Positions 6,839-18,012 of a DNA stretch of 32,621 nucleotides are shown here, in pieces. Under the pieces are notes generated by a model. The model ran no database searches and was not told where the DNA came from. It was given only the letters and a program-made list of their open reading frames with translations. Origin of the DNA: Anaerolineae bacterium (GTDB lineage: Bacteria; Chloroflexota; Anaerolineae; S140-20). Position 1 is the stretch's first letter. Each line of letters starts with the position of its first letter. The translations under genes and the position numbers were made by a program. The stretch spans positions 1 through 32,621 of the forward strand of contig JALUTT010000105.1 of the NCBI GenBank assembly GCA_027021705.1, written 5' to 3'.

Positions 6839-8641
6839 GTGAAGGATAGGATTACACAGACCTTTATCTCGTCTAGAGACAGCCTGACGGCGTTGGAGGA
6901 AGGGCTGAAAAGCCTCGCTGCGGGGCTAACCCAGCAACGGGCCACACTGGAGCACTTTGGAACGGCCCGCCCCGGTACGCCGCTCGCCCGATTGCAGTCC
7001 GCCGTCGTGTTGATGGAGCAGTTGCTTCCCCAGATGGAGAAGGCGCTGCGGCGTCTTCAAAAAGCGGTGGACGAGCAGGAGCGAGAGCGGGAGGAGCTGG
7101 AAGCCCTCTTCCACGTCAGCAGCATCGTCAACTCCACCCTGGATCTCTCGGAGGTCCTCAACTACGTGATGGACCAGATCATCGAGCTGACGGGGGCAGA
7201 GCGGAGCTTCCTGATGCTCATTAACGAGGAAACGGGGACGATGGAGTTCAAGGTTGCTCGCAATATGGATCGGGAGACGATCAGCGGCTCCTCCTTCGAG
7301 ATCAGCCGGACCATCGTCCACAAGGTGGCTCAGGAAGGGGAGCCCATTGTCACCACCAACGCGCAGATGGACCCCCGCTTCAGCGCCCAGGAGAGCGTGG
7401 TTAGTTACAGCTTGCGCTCGATCCTATGCGTTCCCCTGAAGGTGAAGGACAAGATCACCGGGGTGATCTACGCCGACAACCGCATCAAGGCGGGCCTCTT
7501 CACCGACCGGGATCGAGACCTGCTGGCGGCCTTCGCCAATCAGGCGGCGGTGGCCATCGAAAATGCCCGCCTCTTCGAGAGCGTGGCCAACGCCAAGCGG
7601 CTGATGGACAACATCTTCGCCTCCATCACCAGCGGCGTGATCACCACCGATGTCCAGGATCAGATCACCCTCTTCAATCGGGCGGCCGAGCGCATCTTGA
7701 AGCTGTCGGCCGGGAAGGCGATTGGGCGTCCGCTGCCGGCGGTGCTCCCTCCCCCTCTCCAACCGGTGCTGGTTCCCATCGTGCGGCGGGTACGGGAGCG
7801 AGAGGAGTTCGTCATCGCTCAGGAGTTCGAGCCCGAGGTGCCGGGGCGAGGCCAGGTCAACCTGAGCATTACGGCGTCTCCGCTGAAGGACGCCAACGAT
7901 GAGACGCAGGGTGTGGCCATTGTCGTGGATGACCTGACGGAACGGCGACGGCTGGAGGCCAAAGAGCGGTTCATCCGCGAGACCTTCAAGCGGTACGTGG
8001 CCCCGGCCGTCGTCGAGCGGTTGATTGAGGACCCGGACAGCCTGAAGCTGGGGGGGCGGCGGCAGGAGATCACCATCTTCTTCGCCGACATCCGGGGCTT
8101 TACCTCGTTCAGCGAGCGGCACGACCCGGAGACGCTGGTGGAGATCCTGAACAAGTACCTGGCCATCGGAGCCGAGGCGGTGTTGCAGGAAGAGGGGACG
8201 TTGGACAAGTTTATGGGCGATGCGGTGATGGCCTTCTTCAACGCTCCCCTGCCCCAGCCGGACCACACGCTCCGGGCGGTGCGGGCGGCCCTGGCGATGC
8301 GGGAGAGGATCCGGGCCCATCACGAAACGGTGGAACCTCAGTATCGTCTGAGCTACGGCGTGGGCATCAACGTGGGCGAGGCGGTGGTGGGCAACGTGGG
8401 AACAGCCCAACAGCTCAACTACACCGCCATCGGCGATGCGGTGAACTTGGCCAAGCGGCTCCAGGAGAACGCCCGGCCCAACCAGATCCTGCTCAGCCAC
8501 GCTGCCTACGAGCGGGTGAAGGATTACGTCGAGGTGAAGGCCCTGCCGCCCATCCGGGTCAAGGGGCGGCAGGCGACAGAGCAGCTTTACGAGCTGATCG
8601 GGCTGAGAGAGGGTGAGTCCTCCGACCTGATGATCACCTGA
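6839..8641 (+). CDS. Class III adenylate cyclase with coiled-coil, GAF and PAS domains
   Basis: GAF region ending NQAAVAIENARL, a PAS domain, and cyclase motifs FADIRGFT, DKFMGDAVMA (Lys specifies ATP) and YTAIGDAVNLAKRLQ. AGGAG lies 8 nt before GTG 6839. Confidence 0.9.
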   Translation: MKDRITQTFISSRDSLTALEEGLKSLAAGLTQQRATLEHFGTARPGTPLARLQSAVVLMEQLLPQMEKALRRLQKAVDEQEREREELEALFHVSSIVNSTLDLSEVLNYVMDQIIELTGAERSFLMLINEETGTMEFKVARNMDRETISGSSFEISRTIVHKVAQEGEPIVTTNAQMDPRFSAQESVVSYSLRSILCVPLKVKDKITGVIYADNRIKAGLFTDRDRDLLAAFANQAAVAIENARLFESVANAKRLMDNIFASITSGVITTDVQDQITLFNRAAERILKLSAGKAIGRPLPAVLPPPLQPVLVPIVRRVREREEFVIAQEFEPEVPGRGQVNLSITASPLKDANDETQGVAIVVDDLTERRRLEAKERFIRETFKRYVAPAVVERLIEDPDSLKLGGRRQEITIFFADIRGFTSFSERHDPETLVEILNKYLAIGAEAVLQEEGTLDKFMGDAVMAFFNAPLPQPDHTLRAVRAALAMRERIRAHHETVEPQYRLSYGVGINVGEAVVGNVGTAQQLNYTAIGDAVNLAKRLQENARPNQILLSHAAYERVKDYVEVKALPPIRVKGRQATEQLYELIGLREGESSDLMIT

Positions 8642-8665
8642 GCAGCGATCATCCGACCGCTCACC

Positions 8666-10345
<1,680 letters not shown>

Positions 10346-10373
10346 CGTGTTCCCCCCTCCTAGGTGTGGCGTA

Positions 10374-10446
10374 TGCGAATTGCGAATTGCAAATTGCAAA
10401 TTGCAATCTGCAATCTGCGACCTGTAACCTGCAACCTGCAACTTGC
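10374..10446. repeat. Heptamer array TGCnAnn, about 10 units, quasi-palindromic
   Basis: TGCGAAT x2, TGCAAAT x2, TGCAATC x2, TGCGACC, TGTAACC, TGCAACC, TGCAACT. Confidence 0.9.
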
Positions 10447-10449
10447 CCC

Positions 10450-10824
10450 CTACCCTGTCCCCAGCACTTCTTCGACCTTGCGCATCAGCGCCAGCGGGCT
10501 GAAGGGCTTGACGAAGTAATCGTCGGCACCGACAGCGAAGCCTTTCTCCTTGTCCACTTCCTGGCCCAGAGCGGTCAACATCACCACCGTCGTCTCCCGG
10601 GTGGCCGGATCCCGCTTCAGCCGACGGCAGACCTCGAAGCCGTCTATGGAACTGTTGGGCATCATCACGTCGAGCAGGATCAGGTCGGGCTTCTCCCGCC
10701 GGGCGATCTCCAGGGCTTCGTCGCCGGAGGCCGCCTGGAGGATCCGGTAGTCCCCGATACGCAGCGTCACGTCCACCAGAGTACGCACTTCCATCTGGTC
10801 GTCCACAATCAGGATCGTCTTCAT
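10450..10824 (-). CDS. Single-domain response regulator (receiver only)
   Basis: ILIVDD, LLDVMMP, MLTA and KPF motifs; no output domain. Confidence 0.9.
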   Translation of the reverse strand: MKTILIVDDQMEVRTLVDVTLRIGDYRILQAASGDEALEIARREKPDLILLDVMMPNSSIDGFEVCRRLKRDPATRETTVVMLTALGQEVDKEKGFAVGADDYFVKPFSPLALMRKVEEVLGTG

Positions 10825-10924
10825 CCTCACACCCCTTTCTACATCCCCCTAGTCTTGATCCCAGGGACCCTCCCCCAGGTTTCCCCCGGGAAGGGTGAGT
10901 CGCCGGCCGATGGTGATCGGCGCA

Positions 10925-13900
10925 TCACAGCGATTCCAGAGCCCGCTGCACCCGGACGATCAGTTCGCTGTAGTCGAAGGGTTTGACCAGGAACTCGACG
11001 GCACCGGCCTTGTGGGCGGCCTCGATCACCTGGCGCGACGATTTGGCCGAGACGATGATCACCGGGATGTGGGCGGTCACCCGTGACCGTTTCAGCCGCT
11101 TCAGCACTTCCTGTCCAGAGATCCCCGGCATCATCAGGTCCAGGAGGATCAGGTCTGGATGTTGTTCGGCGGCCAGCCGAAGGCCTGATTCCCCTTCAGG
11201 GGCCTGGAGCACCTGATAGCCCTCAGCCTCCAGCAGTTCGGCCACAGCCTGGCGCATCACGGCGTCATCCTCGATGATCAGGATGGTGGTCTGCCGTTCG
11301 ACCAGGGGGACCGTGAAGGTGAAGGTGCTTCCCTTCCCCGGTTCGCTCTCCACCCAGATGGCTCCTCCGTGGGCCTCGACGATGTGCCGGACGATGACCA
11401 GCCCCAGCCCGGTGCCCTCGGCTGCCGTGTGCGAGGCATCACCCCGGTAGAACTTCTCGAAGAGGTGGGTCATCTGCTCCTCGGTCATCCCGATCCCCTG
11501 GTCCTGGACGCTCACTTCCAGGTAACCGCCTACAGGGCGGACTGAGACGACGATCTCTCCCCCTTCGGGGGAGTACTTGGTGGCGTTGGAGAGCAGGTTG
11601 CGCAGCACCTGGGTTAGCTTGGCGGCGTCCCCGACGATGGTTGGCCATCCCTCGGGGCCCTCGATGCGGTAGGTATGGATGGCCGACTGCTCCTGAAAGA
11701 CGGCCACGGTCTCCTCGATCACCGGCTTGAGGTCCATAGGGCGCAGGGCGATCTCAAAGCCCTTGCCCGACTCGATGCGGGCCACATCCAGCAGATCGGA
11801 GACGATGGCCGAGAGGTGGACGGCGTGGTGGTGGATGAACTCGATGAAACGCTGGTGCTCCTCGTCACTCAGGTCTGAGCGGCTGGCTAGGAGCTCGCTG
11901 AAGCCCTGGATGATGGTGAGCGGGGCGCGGAGCTCATGGGCGGCGGTCGCCAGAAACTCCGTCTTCATCCGGTCCAGTTCCTTGAAGCGGGTGATGTCCC
12001 GCTGGCTGAAGACGAGGTTGACGATCCGGCCAGCCTCGTCTCTAACGGGGGCTACCGTTAGGTCGGCATCGTACAGGGTGCCGTCTTTGCGCCGGTAAAC
12101 CACCTCACCCCGCCAGACCTGACCGGACCGGGCGGTCCGAAGGGCTTCCTGGTGCTTCTGAGCGGTCGTTGGGTCGCCGACCAGGAGGTGGTGGGTCTGC
12201 CGCACAACCTCGCTGGCCGTGTAGCCGGTGAGCTTCTCAAAGGCGGTGTTGACGTACTGGATCATTCCTTCGGGGTCGGCGATGGAGATGGCGTCGGCGA
12301 CGCTGGCCAGGATGGCCTGGGTCTTCTCCTGCTCCCGGCGGGTGGCGATGGCCCGCTGCTCCACCTCCCGCAGGAGCCGGACGCTCTCAAAGGCGGCGGC
12401 GGCCTGGTTGGCGAAGAGCTCCAGGGTTTCCACCTCGCCCAAGCTGGGCTGCTGGCCGCCGGCCGGCCGTCCAACAGAGAGGAACCCCAACAGCCGATCG
12501 CCCGCTTCGATGGGCACGTGCAGGAGATCGCCGGGCTGCCAGAGGGTGGGAGGTCCTGTCCACAGAGCTTTCGGGCTCTCGTCCTCCTGATCGGGGGATG
12601 ACGATCTCATCGAGGTGGCGTGGGCAGGGACGAAGAAGGAGCGGCTGATGCGGGCGGCATTCTCGCGGATCGAGGAGAGGGTCTTGTCGGCGATGGGGGA
12701 TTCCACGCCGACCTGAGCCATAGGGCGCAGCAGCCCCGTGGTCGCATCGTAGAGGGAGACAGTCACCTTCTGCCAGCCCAGGGCCTTCTGGATGCTCTCG
12801 CACAGGAGGTCGGCCACGGCCTCCTCGGTGCGGGACTGGCGCAACTGGTCGGCGAAGGCCCGCAGGGCGGCATTGAGGCGTAGGAGTTCCTCGCGCTGGC
12901 GGGAGACCCGCTCGTAGAGGCGGGCGTTTTCGATGGCGATAGCGGCCTGGTTGGCGAAGGACTGGGCTAGGGCGATGTTGGAGGCTGAGAAGGGGCGGAT
13001 GCGGTCGCGGTAGAGGGCCAGAGCCCCGATCGCCTCGCCTCCTACGATGAGGGGGAGCACGGCATAGGTATGGAACCCTTCTCGGCGTATCACTTCGTGC
13101 AGGGATGCCGTCTGAGGGTCTCGCTGGGCATCCAGAACCCAAAAGGGCTCGTGGGTCTGGAAGATCTGGCTGCCCGGTGCATCCCGGTAGCGCCGGAGGA
13201 GGGTCTCGATGTACTCGTTGGAGAGCCCTGTCGCGTAAGCGCACCGCAACTGTCCGCTCTTCCGGTCCAGCAGGTAGATGGCTCCCCGGTCGCTCTCCAG
13301 AACCTCCATCAGCTCCCGGACGACTTCGCGCAGGGTGACCTCCAGGTTGAGGCCGGCGGTGATGCGTTGGGAGGCGATGGCTAACCGTTCCAGCCGCCCC
13401 ACCCGCCGGCGGTCAGCGGCGTGGAGCCAGGCGTTGTGCAAGGCTGAGGCGGCCTGGAGGCTGAAAAGGGAGAGGCGCTGTAGCGTTTCCCCACGAAAGT
13501 AGCCCCGCTGGGAATGGGCACAGAAGATCACCCCCAGAGGCTTCTCGCCTTGCCCCTGGATGGGGAACCCCACCAGGGAGCGCATCCCTATCTCCAAGGT
13601 GATCGGGTTGACTTCCGGTCGGGTAGCCACGTCGGCGACCACGACGGGTTTGGCCTGACGGAGGATCTGCTCGGTGAGCCCACCGGGCCGTGGGGAGAGG
13701 TCGGGTAGGCTCTGCGCCCGTTCGGGGGGGTCGGTGGTGACGGCCCACCGGTACGTGCCCAGGTGGTCATCGTAGACGATGACGATGCTGACCTCCGCCC
13801 TGGTCAGATCGCGGGCCCCTTGCGCGATGCGTTGCATCACCTCGTCCAGTTCCACGGCGGTGGCCAGGGAGACCCCCGTCTCGTAAAGCTGGGCCATCTC

Positions 13901-15766
13901 TTGGGTGCGACGGCGCTCCGTCGTGTGGAAGCGGGCGCTCTCCATCGCCACGGCGGCCTGGTCGGCCAGGAGTTGGAGCAGTTGTTCGTCGTGCGAGGTG
14001 AAGGCATCCACCTCGGGGCTGCTGACCGACAGCGTTCCCAGGGGGCGTCCTTCGATGGTCAAGGGGGCGACCATCAGGGAGCGGTAAGGGGGAGGATCCT
14101 CGACTCGGAGGTAGCGGGGGTCGTTGAGCACGTCGGGGACGTTGAGCAGCCGGTTCTCCCGGACGGCGTGGCCGGCGATGCCCTCCCCCGGGCGCATCAG
14201 GAGCACTTCTTTGCGGGGTTTGGGCCCCCCGGCGGCGGCGCGGGTGTGCAGCACCAGCCCCTCTCCTTCCTCTTCCAGGAGCTGCAGAGTGGCATAGGTC
14301 GCAGAGCGGATGATGAGGACAGCGGTCTCCGCCGTCTTGTTCAACACGGCATCCAAGCTGTGGGTGCCGGCCAGCATCCGGCTGACCTCCAGCAGCCGGG
14401 AGAGTTCCTGGGTCCACTTCTTGGTCTCTTGATAGAGGCGGATGTTCTCCAAGGCGACGGAGATTTGGTCGGCAAAGGCGGTGATGGCCGGAACCTCGGC
14501 TTCGGTGAGGTGGGGCGAGGCGACGGCCAAGAGACCAATGGTCTCCCCGTTGTGGGTGATGGGGGCCAGGATGAGGTGTTGTTGCGCCGCCCATTGGAGG
14601 CTCTGCCGTGGGGTCTGAGAACCAACGCGGCTGAAGACCTCCAGTACTTCGGAGGCACCGGAGACGAGCTGCGTCTCTCCGGTGCGGATGGCCATCTGGA
14701 GGGGCGTGGGCTTGCTTTGGGGTTCTGGGGGCTCGATGGTGAAGGTGTAACCCTCAACCCGGCTCTCCTCCCAGCCGGTCTGGCGTATGGTCTCCTGGCT
14801 CAGAGCGATGTGAGCGATCCGACCGTGCTGCCGGTCGGGCTCCAGCAGCAGGATGGCGCTGTCCAACTGGATCCGGCGTAACTGCTCGGTCACCGCCTGG
14901 AAGAGGGCCTCAGGAGTGCGTGTTGCCCGTTGGGCGGCGGCAGCAGCAGCATTCAGGGCGGTCAGGATCTGGTGGGCGCGTTCCCGGGTGGTTAGGTCCC
15001 GTACAATGCCCACGGTCTGGATGGGCCGCCCTTTCGAATCCCGGATAACGGCCAGGTGCACCCCCAGAGTGCAGGGTTGACCGTCGGGCTTGTATCCTCG
15101 GAGCTCCAGGGTCTCTTCGCCCGCCTGGATGGACTCTTGCACGTCGGCTGCTGAAGGATGGGTGAGTTCGAAAGAGCTGAAGATCTCCGGAGTGGTGGCC
15201 CCGACCAGTTCTTCGACCGGTCGTCCGACCAACTCCGCAATGGCCGGGTTGGCCAGCAGGATTTTCCCCTGGGAATCGGTCACGAGGACGCCGTCGGCGC
15301 TGTGCTCGATGATCCTGGAGAGGAAGGCGTGGGCCTGGGCCAGCTCCTCCTGCAGGCGGTGCTCGACGGTGATGTCCCGGAGGGTGCCGATGATCGCTGG
15401 ACGGCCCCGGTAGATGACCCGACTGCCCCAGACCTCGGCCAGGAAGGTCGTGCCATCCTTGCGCAGTCCGGTTAGGGTGTAGTGGATGCTCTCTTCCTCT
15501 CCCTCGATGCGCCGACGGATCTTCTCGGCCACCATCTCCCGGTCTTGGGGGGCGACCAGGTCCAGCGGGCCACGCCGGTTGATCAGTTCCTCGGGGGTGT
15601 AGCCGAAGGTCTGGGCCAGGGCAGGGTTGACATAACGGAAGAGATCATCCTGGATCAGGTAGACGCCCACGAGGGAGTGATCGGTGATGGCCCGGTAAAG
15701 CTCCTCGGTCTCCGAGTTCTTTTGCGTCTGATCTGAGGGGGGGGCAGGCTGGACAGCAGTGTCCAC
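10925..15766 (-). CDS. Soluble hybrid histidine kinase (PAS-PAS-GAFx5-PAS-HisKA-HATPase-REC)
   Basis: PAS ends RDIT/RDLT; five GAF ends of the AxENARL type; H-box AAHELRAPL; NLLSNATKYS, DQGIGM, GTGLGL; receiver IIEDD..LLDLMMP..KPF. Confidence 0.9.
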   Translation of the reverse strand: MDTAVQPAPPSDQTQKNSETEELYRAITDHSLVGVYLIQDDLFRYVNPALAQTFGYTPEELINRRGPLDLVAPQDREMVAEKIRRRIEGEEESIHYTLTGLRKDGTTFLAEVWGSRVIYRGRPAIIGTLRDITVEHRLQEELAQAHAFLSRIIEHSADGVLVTDSQGKILLANPAIAELVGRPVEELVGATTPEIFSSFELTHPSAADVQESIQAGEETLELRGYKPDGQPCTLGVHLAVIRDSKGRPIQTVGIVRDLTTRERAHQILTALNAAAAAAQRATRTPEALFQAVTEQLRRIQLDSAILLLEPDRQHGRIAHIALSQETIRQTGWEESRVEGYTFTIEPPEPQSKPTPLQMAIRTGETQLVSGASEVLEVFSRVGSQTPRQSLQWAAQQHLILAPITHNGETIGLLAVASPHLTEAEVPAITAFADQISVALENIRLYQETKKWTQELSRLLEVSRMLAGTHSLDAVLNKTAETAVLIIRSATYATLQLLEEEGEGLVLHTRAAAGGPKPRKEVLLMRPGEGIAGHAVRENRLLNVPDVLNDPRYLRVEDPPPYRSLMVAPLTIEGRPLGTLSVSSPEVDAFTSHDEQLLQLLADQAAVAMESARFHTTERRRTQEMAQLYETGVSLATAVELDEVMQRIAQGARDLTRAEVSIVIVYDDHLGTYRWAVTTDPPERAQSLPDLSPRPGGLTEQILRQAKPVVVADVATRPEVNPITLEIGMRSLVGFPIQGQGEKPLGVIFCAHSQRGYFRGETLQRLSLFSLQAASALHNAWLHAADRRRVGRLERLAIASQRITAGLNLEVTLREVVRELMEVLESDRGAIYLLDRKSGQLRCAYATGLSNEYIETLLRRYRDAPGSQIFQTHEPFWVLDAQRDPQTASLHEVIRREGFHTYAVLPLIVGGEAIGALALYRDRIRPFSASNIALAQSFANQAAIAIENARLYERVSRQREELLRLNAALRAFADQLRQSRTEEAVADLLCESIQKALGWQKVTVSLYDATTGLLRPMAQVGVESPIADKTLSSIRENAARISRSFFVPAHATSMRSSSPDQEDESPKALWTGPPTLWQPGDLLHVPIEAGDRLLGFLSVGRPAGGQQPSLGEVETLELFANQAAAAFESVRLLREVEQRAIATRREQEKTQAILASVADAISIADPEGMIQYVNTAFEKLTGYTASEVVRQTHHLLVGDPTTAQKHQEALRTARSGQVWRGEVVYRRKDGTLYDADLTVAPVRDEAGRIVNLVFSQRDITRFKELDRMKTEFLATAAHELRAPLTIIQGFSELLASRSDLSDEEHQRFIEFIHHHAVHLSAIVSDLLDVARIESGKGFEIALRPMDLKPVIEETVAVFQEQSAIHTYRIEGPEGWPTIVGDAAKLTQVLRNLLSNATKYSPEGGEIVVSVRPVGGYLEVSVQDQGIGMTEEQMTHLFEKFYRGDASHTAAEGTGLGLVIVRHIVEAHGGAIWVESEPGKGSTFTFTVPLVERQTTILIIEDDAVMRQAVAELLEAEGYQVLQAPEGESGLRLAAEQHPDLILLDLMMPGISGQEVLKRLKRSRVTAHIPVIIVSAKSSRQVIEAAHKAGAVEFLVKPFDYSELIVRVQRALESL

Positions 15767-15881
15767 GGCCTACGACTCCTCAAGGTCGGTCGTTGGGAGA
15801 ACCCGGTGTGGAAGGGCTCCTCCAGGCCCGATTCCGGTGTCCGGGGACACCGTCCGCCCACAGGTTCTCGCGTGCCGAAGC

Positions 15882-17045
15882 TCAGTGGTCGTTCCCATTC
15901 GTTGCCGAACCGTTAAGTGTAGGGAGTGCGATGTAGAAGGTGCTCCCCTCGTTCAGGCGGCTCTCGGCCCAGATGCGTCCTCCGTGGAGTTCGACGGCCC
16001 GACGGGCGATGGCCAACCCCAGCCCCAATCCACCATAGCGGCGGGTGTTGTGCTCTTCAACCTGGTAGAAGGGCTCGAAGATGCGGCTTAGTTCCACCTG
16101 GGGGATGCCGATGCCCGTATCGGCGACGGTGATGAGGTGGATTCCTTCTTCCTGTCCCAGCGTCACCCTGACCTCTCCCTGGGGCTTGTTGTAGGTGATG
16201 GCGTTGTCCAGGATGTGGATCAGCGCCTTGCGCAGGCTGGCCCAGTCTCCTTGCATGATAGCGGGTTCATCGGGCAGCGTCAGGTCCAGGGTGACCGATC
16301 TCCGTTGGGCCAGAGCGGTCACGGCCATCAGGGCATCCTGGACCAGGTCTCGCAGGTCCAGGGGTTCGCTGGTGAAGGGGAGGTCGGCGACCTCCGTGAA
16401 GGCGATCAGCTCGTCTACGATCCCCTTGAGCCGGTCGGCGGCCTCGAGGACGTGGTCGAGGAGCATGCGCCCGTCGTCATCCAGCCGGTCGGCGATCTGG
16501 TCGGCCAGGAGCTGGGCATAGCCGATGATGCCGGTCAGGGGGGTGCGGAGTTCGTGGCTGGCGATGCTGACGAATTCGTGTTTGAGGTTGGCGGTCCGTC
16601 GTTCTTGGGTGACATCGTGCAGCACGATGACCCAACCGGCGTGAGAGGGCTTCTCCAGTCGGGAGACGCGGGCGATCAGCGTTCGCTCCTGGGGATGGAC
16701 GAGTTGGATCTCGTGGGTTTGAATGGACTGGTCTCTCTGCCGGATCTGATCAGGAAGGGTGGGATCAATCCCGGGCATCGCCTCCGTCAGGGGAAGGCCG
16801 ATGAGCTCGTCCTCCTCTCGTTCGACCAGGGCGCAGAAGGCCGGGTTGACCTCGGTCACCCGGAAGGCTTGGTCCACAACGACCAAGCCACTGGCGATGC
16901 TCTGAAGGATGGCCGAGAGTTTTTGATGGGCCAAGGCCAGTTGTTCGCGCTTCTCCCGCTCCTGCTGGTAGAGCCGGGCCAGGTCCTGGGCGTAGCGCAG
17001 GGCCTGCTCTTGGGCCAGGGTGAGGGCCTGGGTCAAGTCGTCCAT
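15882..17045 (-). CDS. Soluble PAS-domain histidine kinase
   Basis: N-terminal coiled coil (QALRYAQDLARLY), PAS, H-box ASHELRTPL, DNAITYN, DTGIGI, GLGLGL. Confidence 0.9.
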   Translation of the reverse strand: MDDLTQALTLAQEQALRYAQDLARLYQQEREKREQLALAHQKLSAILQSIASGLVVVDQAFRVTEVNPAFCALVEREEDELIGLPLTEAMPGIDPTLPDQIRQRDQSIQTHEIQLVHPQERTLIARVSRLEKPSHAGWVIVLHDVTQERRTANLKHEFVSIASHELRTPLTGIIGYAQLLADQIADRLDDDGRMLLDHVLEAADRLKGIVDELIAFTEVADLPFTSEPLDLRDLVQDALMAVTALAQRRSVTLDLTLPDEPAIMQGDWASLRKALIHILDNAITYNKPQGEVRVTLGQEEGIHLITVADTGIGIPQVELSRIFEPFYQVEEHNTRRYGGLGLGLAIARRAVELHGGRIWAESRLNEGSTFYIALPTLNGSATNGNDH

Positions 17046-17140
17046 AGGTGCTCTCGATCCCGTCGTTCCATTGGCCCCTCCGCAAGCACATCGGAGGTCC
17101 GCGGGGGCAATCCCCTCCGGTTTTGTAAACCCACTAGAAT

Positions 17141-17169
17141 ATCATACCCTCAATCGCGTCAGATTGCAA
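17141..17169 (-). promoter_or_regulatory. Sigma70 promoter for the signalling cassette
   Basis: Minus strand TTGCAA-N17-TATGAT, about 95 nt upstream of the kinase ATG. Confidence 0.7.
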
Positions 17170-17218
17170 GTCGAAAGGGGGGCTCGCGGGGTGTGGGGGC
17201 GTTAAAGACGCATAAAAA

Positions 17219-17370
17219 TGGTCGGGTGGTCGGGTGGTCACGTGGTCGGGTGGTCGGGTGGTCGGGTGGTCGGGTGGTCACGTGGTCGGGTGGTCGGGTG
17301 GTCACGTGGTCGGATGGTCGGGTGGTCACGTGGTCGGATGGTCGGGTGGTCGCGTGGTCGGGTGGTCGGG
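17219..17370. repeat. Octamer tandem array TGGTC(GGG/ACG/GGA/GCG), 19 units
   Basis: Read directly. A 15-mer near-duplication (CGGTGCCTCATC..) follows at about 17381-17410. Confidence 0.95.
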
Positions 17371-17461
17371 TGGGCGGGCTCGGTGCCTCATCCCTCGGTG
17401 CCTCATCTCCCGGGGCTGCCTCTTTAGTCCTCCTTCGGCGGCCGGCAATCGGTGGTCCAGG

Positions 17462-17998
17462 CTAACCCACTCTTCTGGAGGTCCGCGACCGCAGGGTCCG
17501 CAGGAAGGTGAAGATCCCCTCGCGGGCTGCTTGGCTGTTGATGGCCAGGCGGCGTCGCAGACGGCGCATCGCCTCCAACCGGCGTTGAGGCTCTTCCGGC
17601 GTCAGTTCGTAGAGCTCCACCAGGACGCCGAAGGCGCTCTTGGGATGGATGAAGGCGATCTTCTTGCCCCCCGTGCCAATGATCGGCTCTTCGTTGATGA
17701 GACGTACCCCCCGGTCCTTGAGGCGGGCCAGGACGGGCTCGATGGCCTCTACCTCTAGGCAGAGGTGGTGCATCCCCGGCCCTCGCTTGGCCAGGTAGCG
17801 GGCCACACCGCTGGTCCCCGTGGTCGGCTCGACCAGTTCGATCTCGCTTTCGCCGGCGGGCAGGAAAGCCACGATGGATTCCTGGTCGGGCACTTCTTCC
17901 ACGTGGCTGACCTCCAGCCCCAGGGACTCTTGCCAGAAGGCCAGGGCCTCTTCGATGTCCTCGACGACGATGGCGATGTGGTCAATTCTTCGGATCAC
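17462..17998 (-). CDS. mce: Methylmalonyl-CoA epimerase with C-terminal extension
   Basis: IDHIAIVV, IELVEP, GPGMHHLCLEV, AFIHPKS..GVLVEL (VOC metal ligands); gene context. Confidence 0.9.
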   Translation of the reverse strand: MIRRIDHIAIVVEDIEEALAFWQESLGLEVSHVEEVPDQESIVAFLPAGESEIELVEPTTGTSGVARYLAKRGPGMHHLCLEVEAIEPVLARLKDRGVRLINEEPIIGTGGKKIAFIHPKSAFGVLVELYELTPEEPQRRLEAMRRLRRRLAINSQAAREGIFTFLRTLRSRTSRRVG

Positions 17999-18012
17999 GC
18001 TCGTTTCCCTCT

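Noticed and set aside
8655..8665. GACCGCTCACC shared with intergenic 27629-27639
   Set aside because: An 11-bp GC-rich match with no symmetry or consistent position; probably chance.
10346..10441. N-terminal extension of the ICM-like mutase
   Set aside because: It is just the translated heptamer array; RBS and homology start at 10345.
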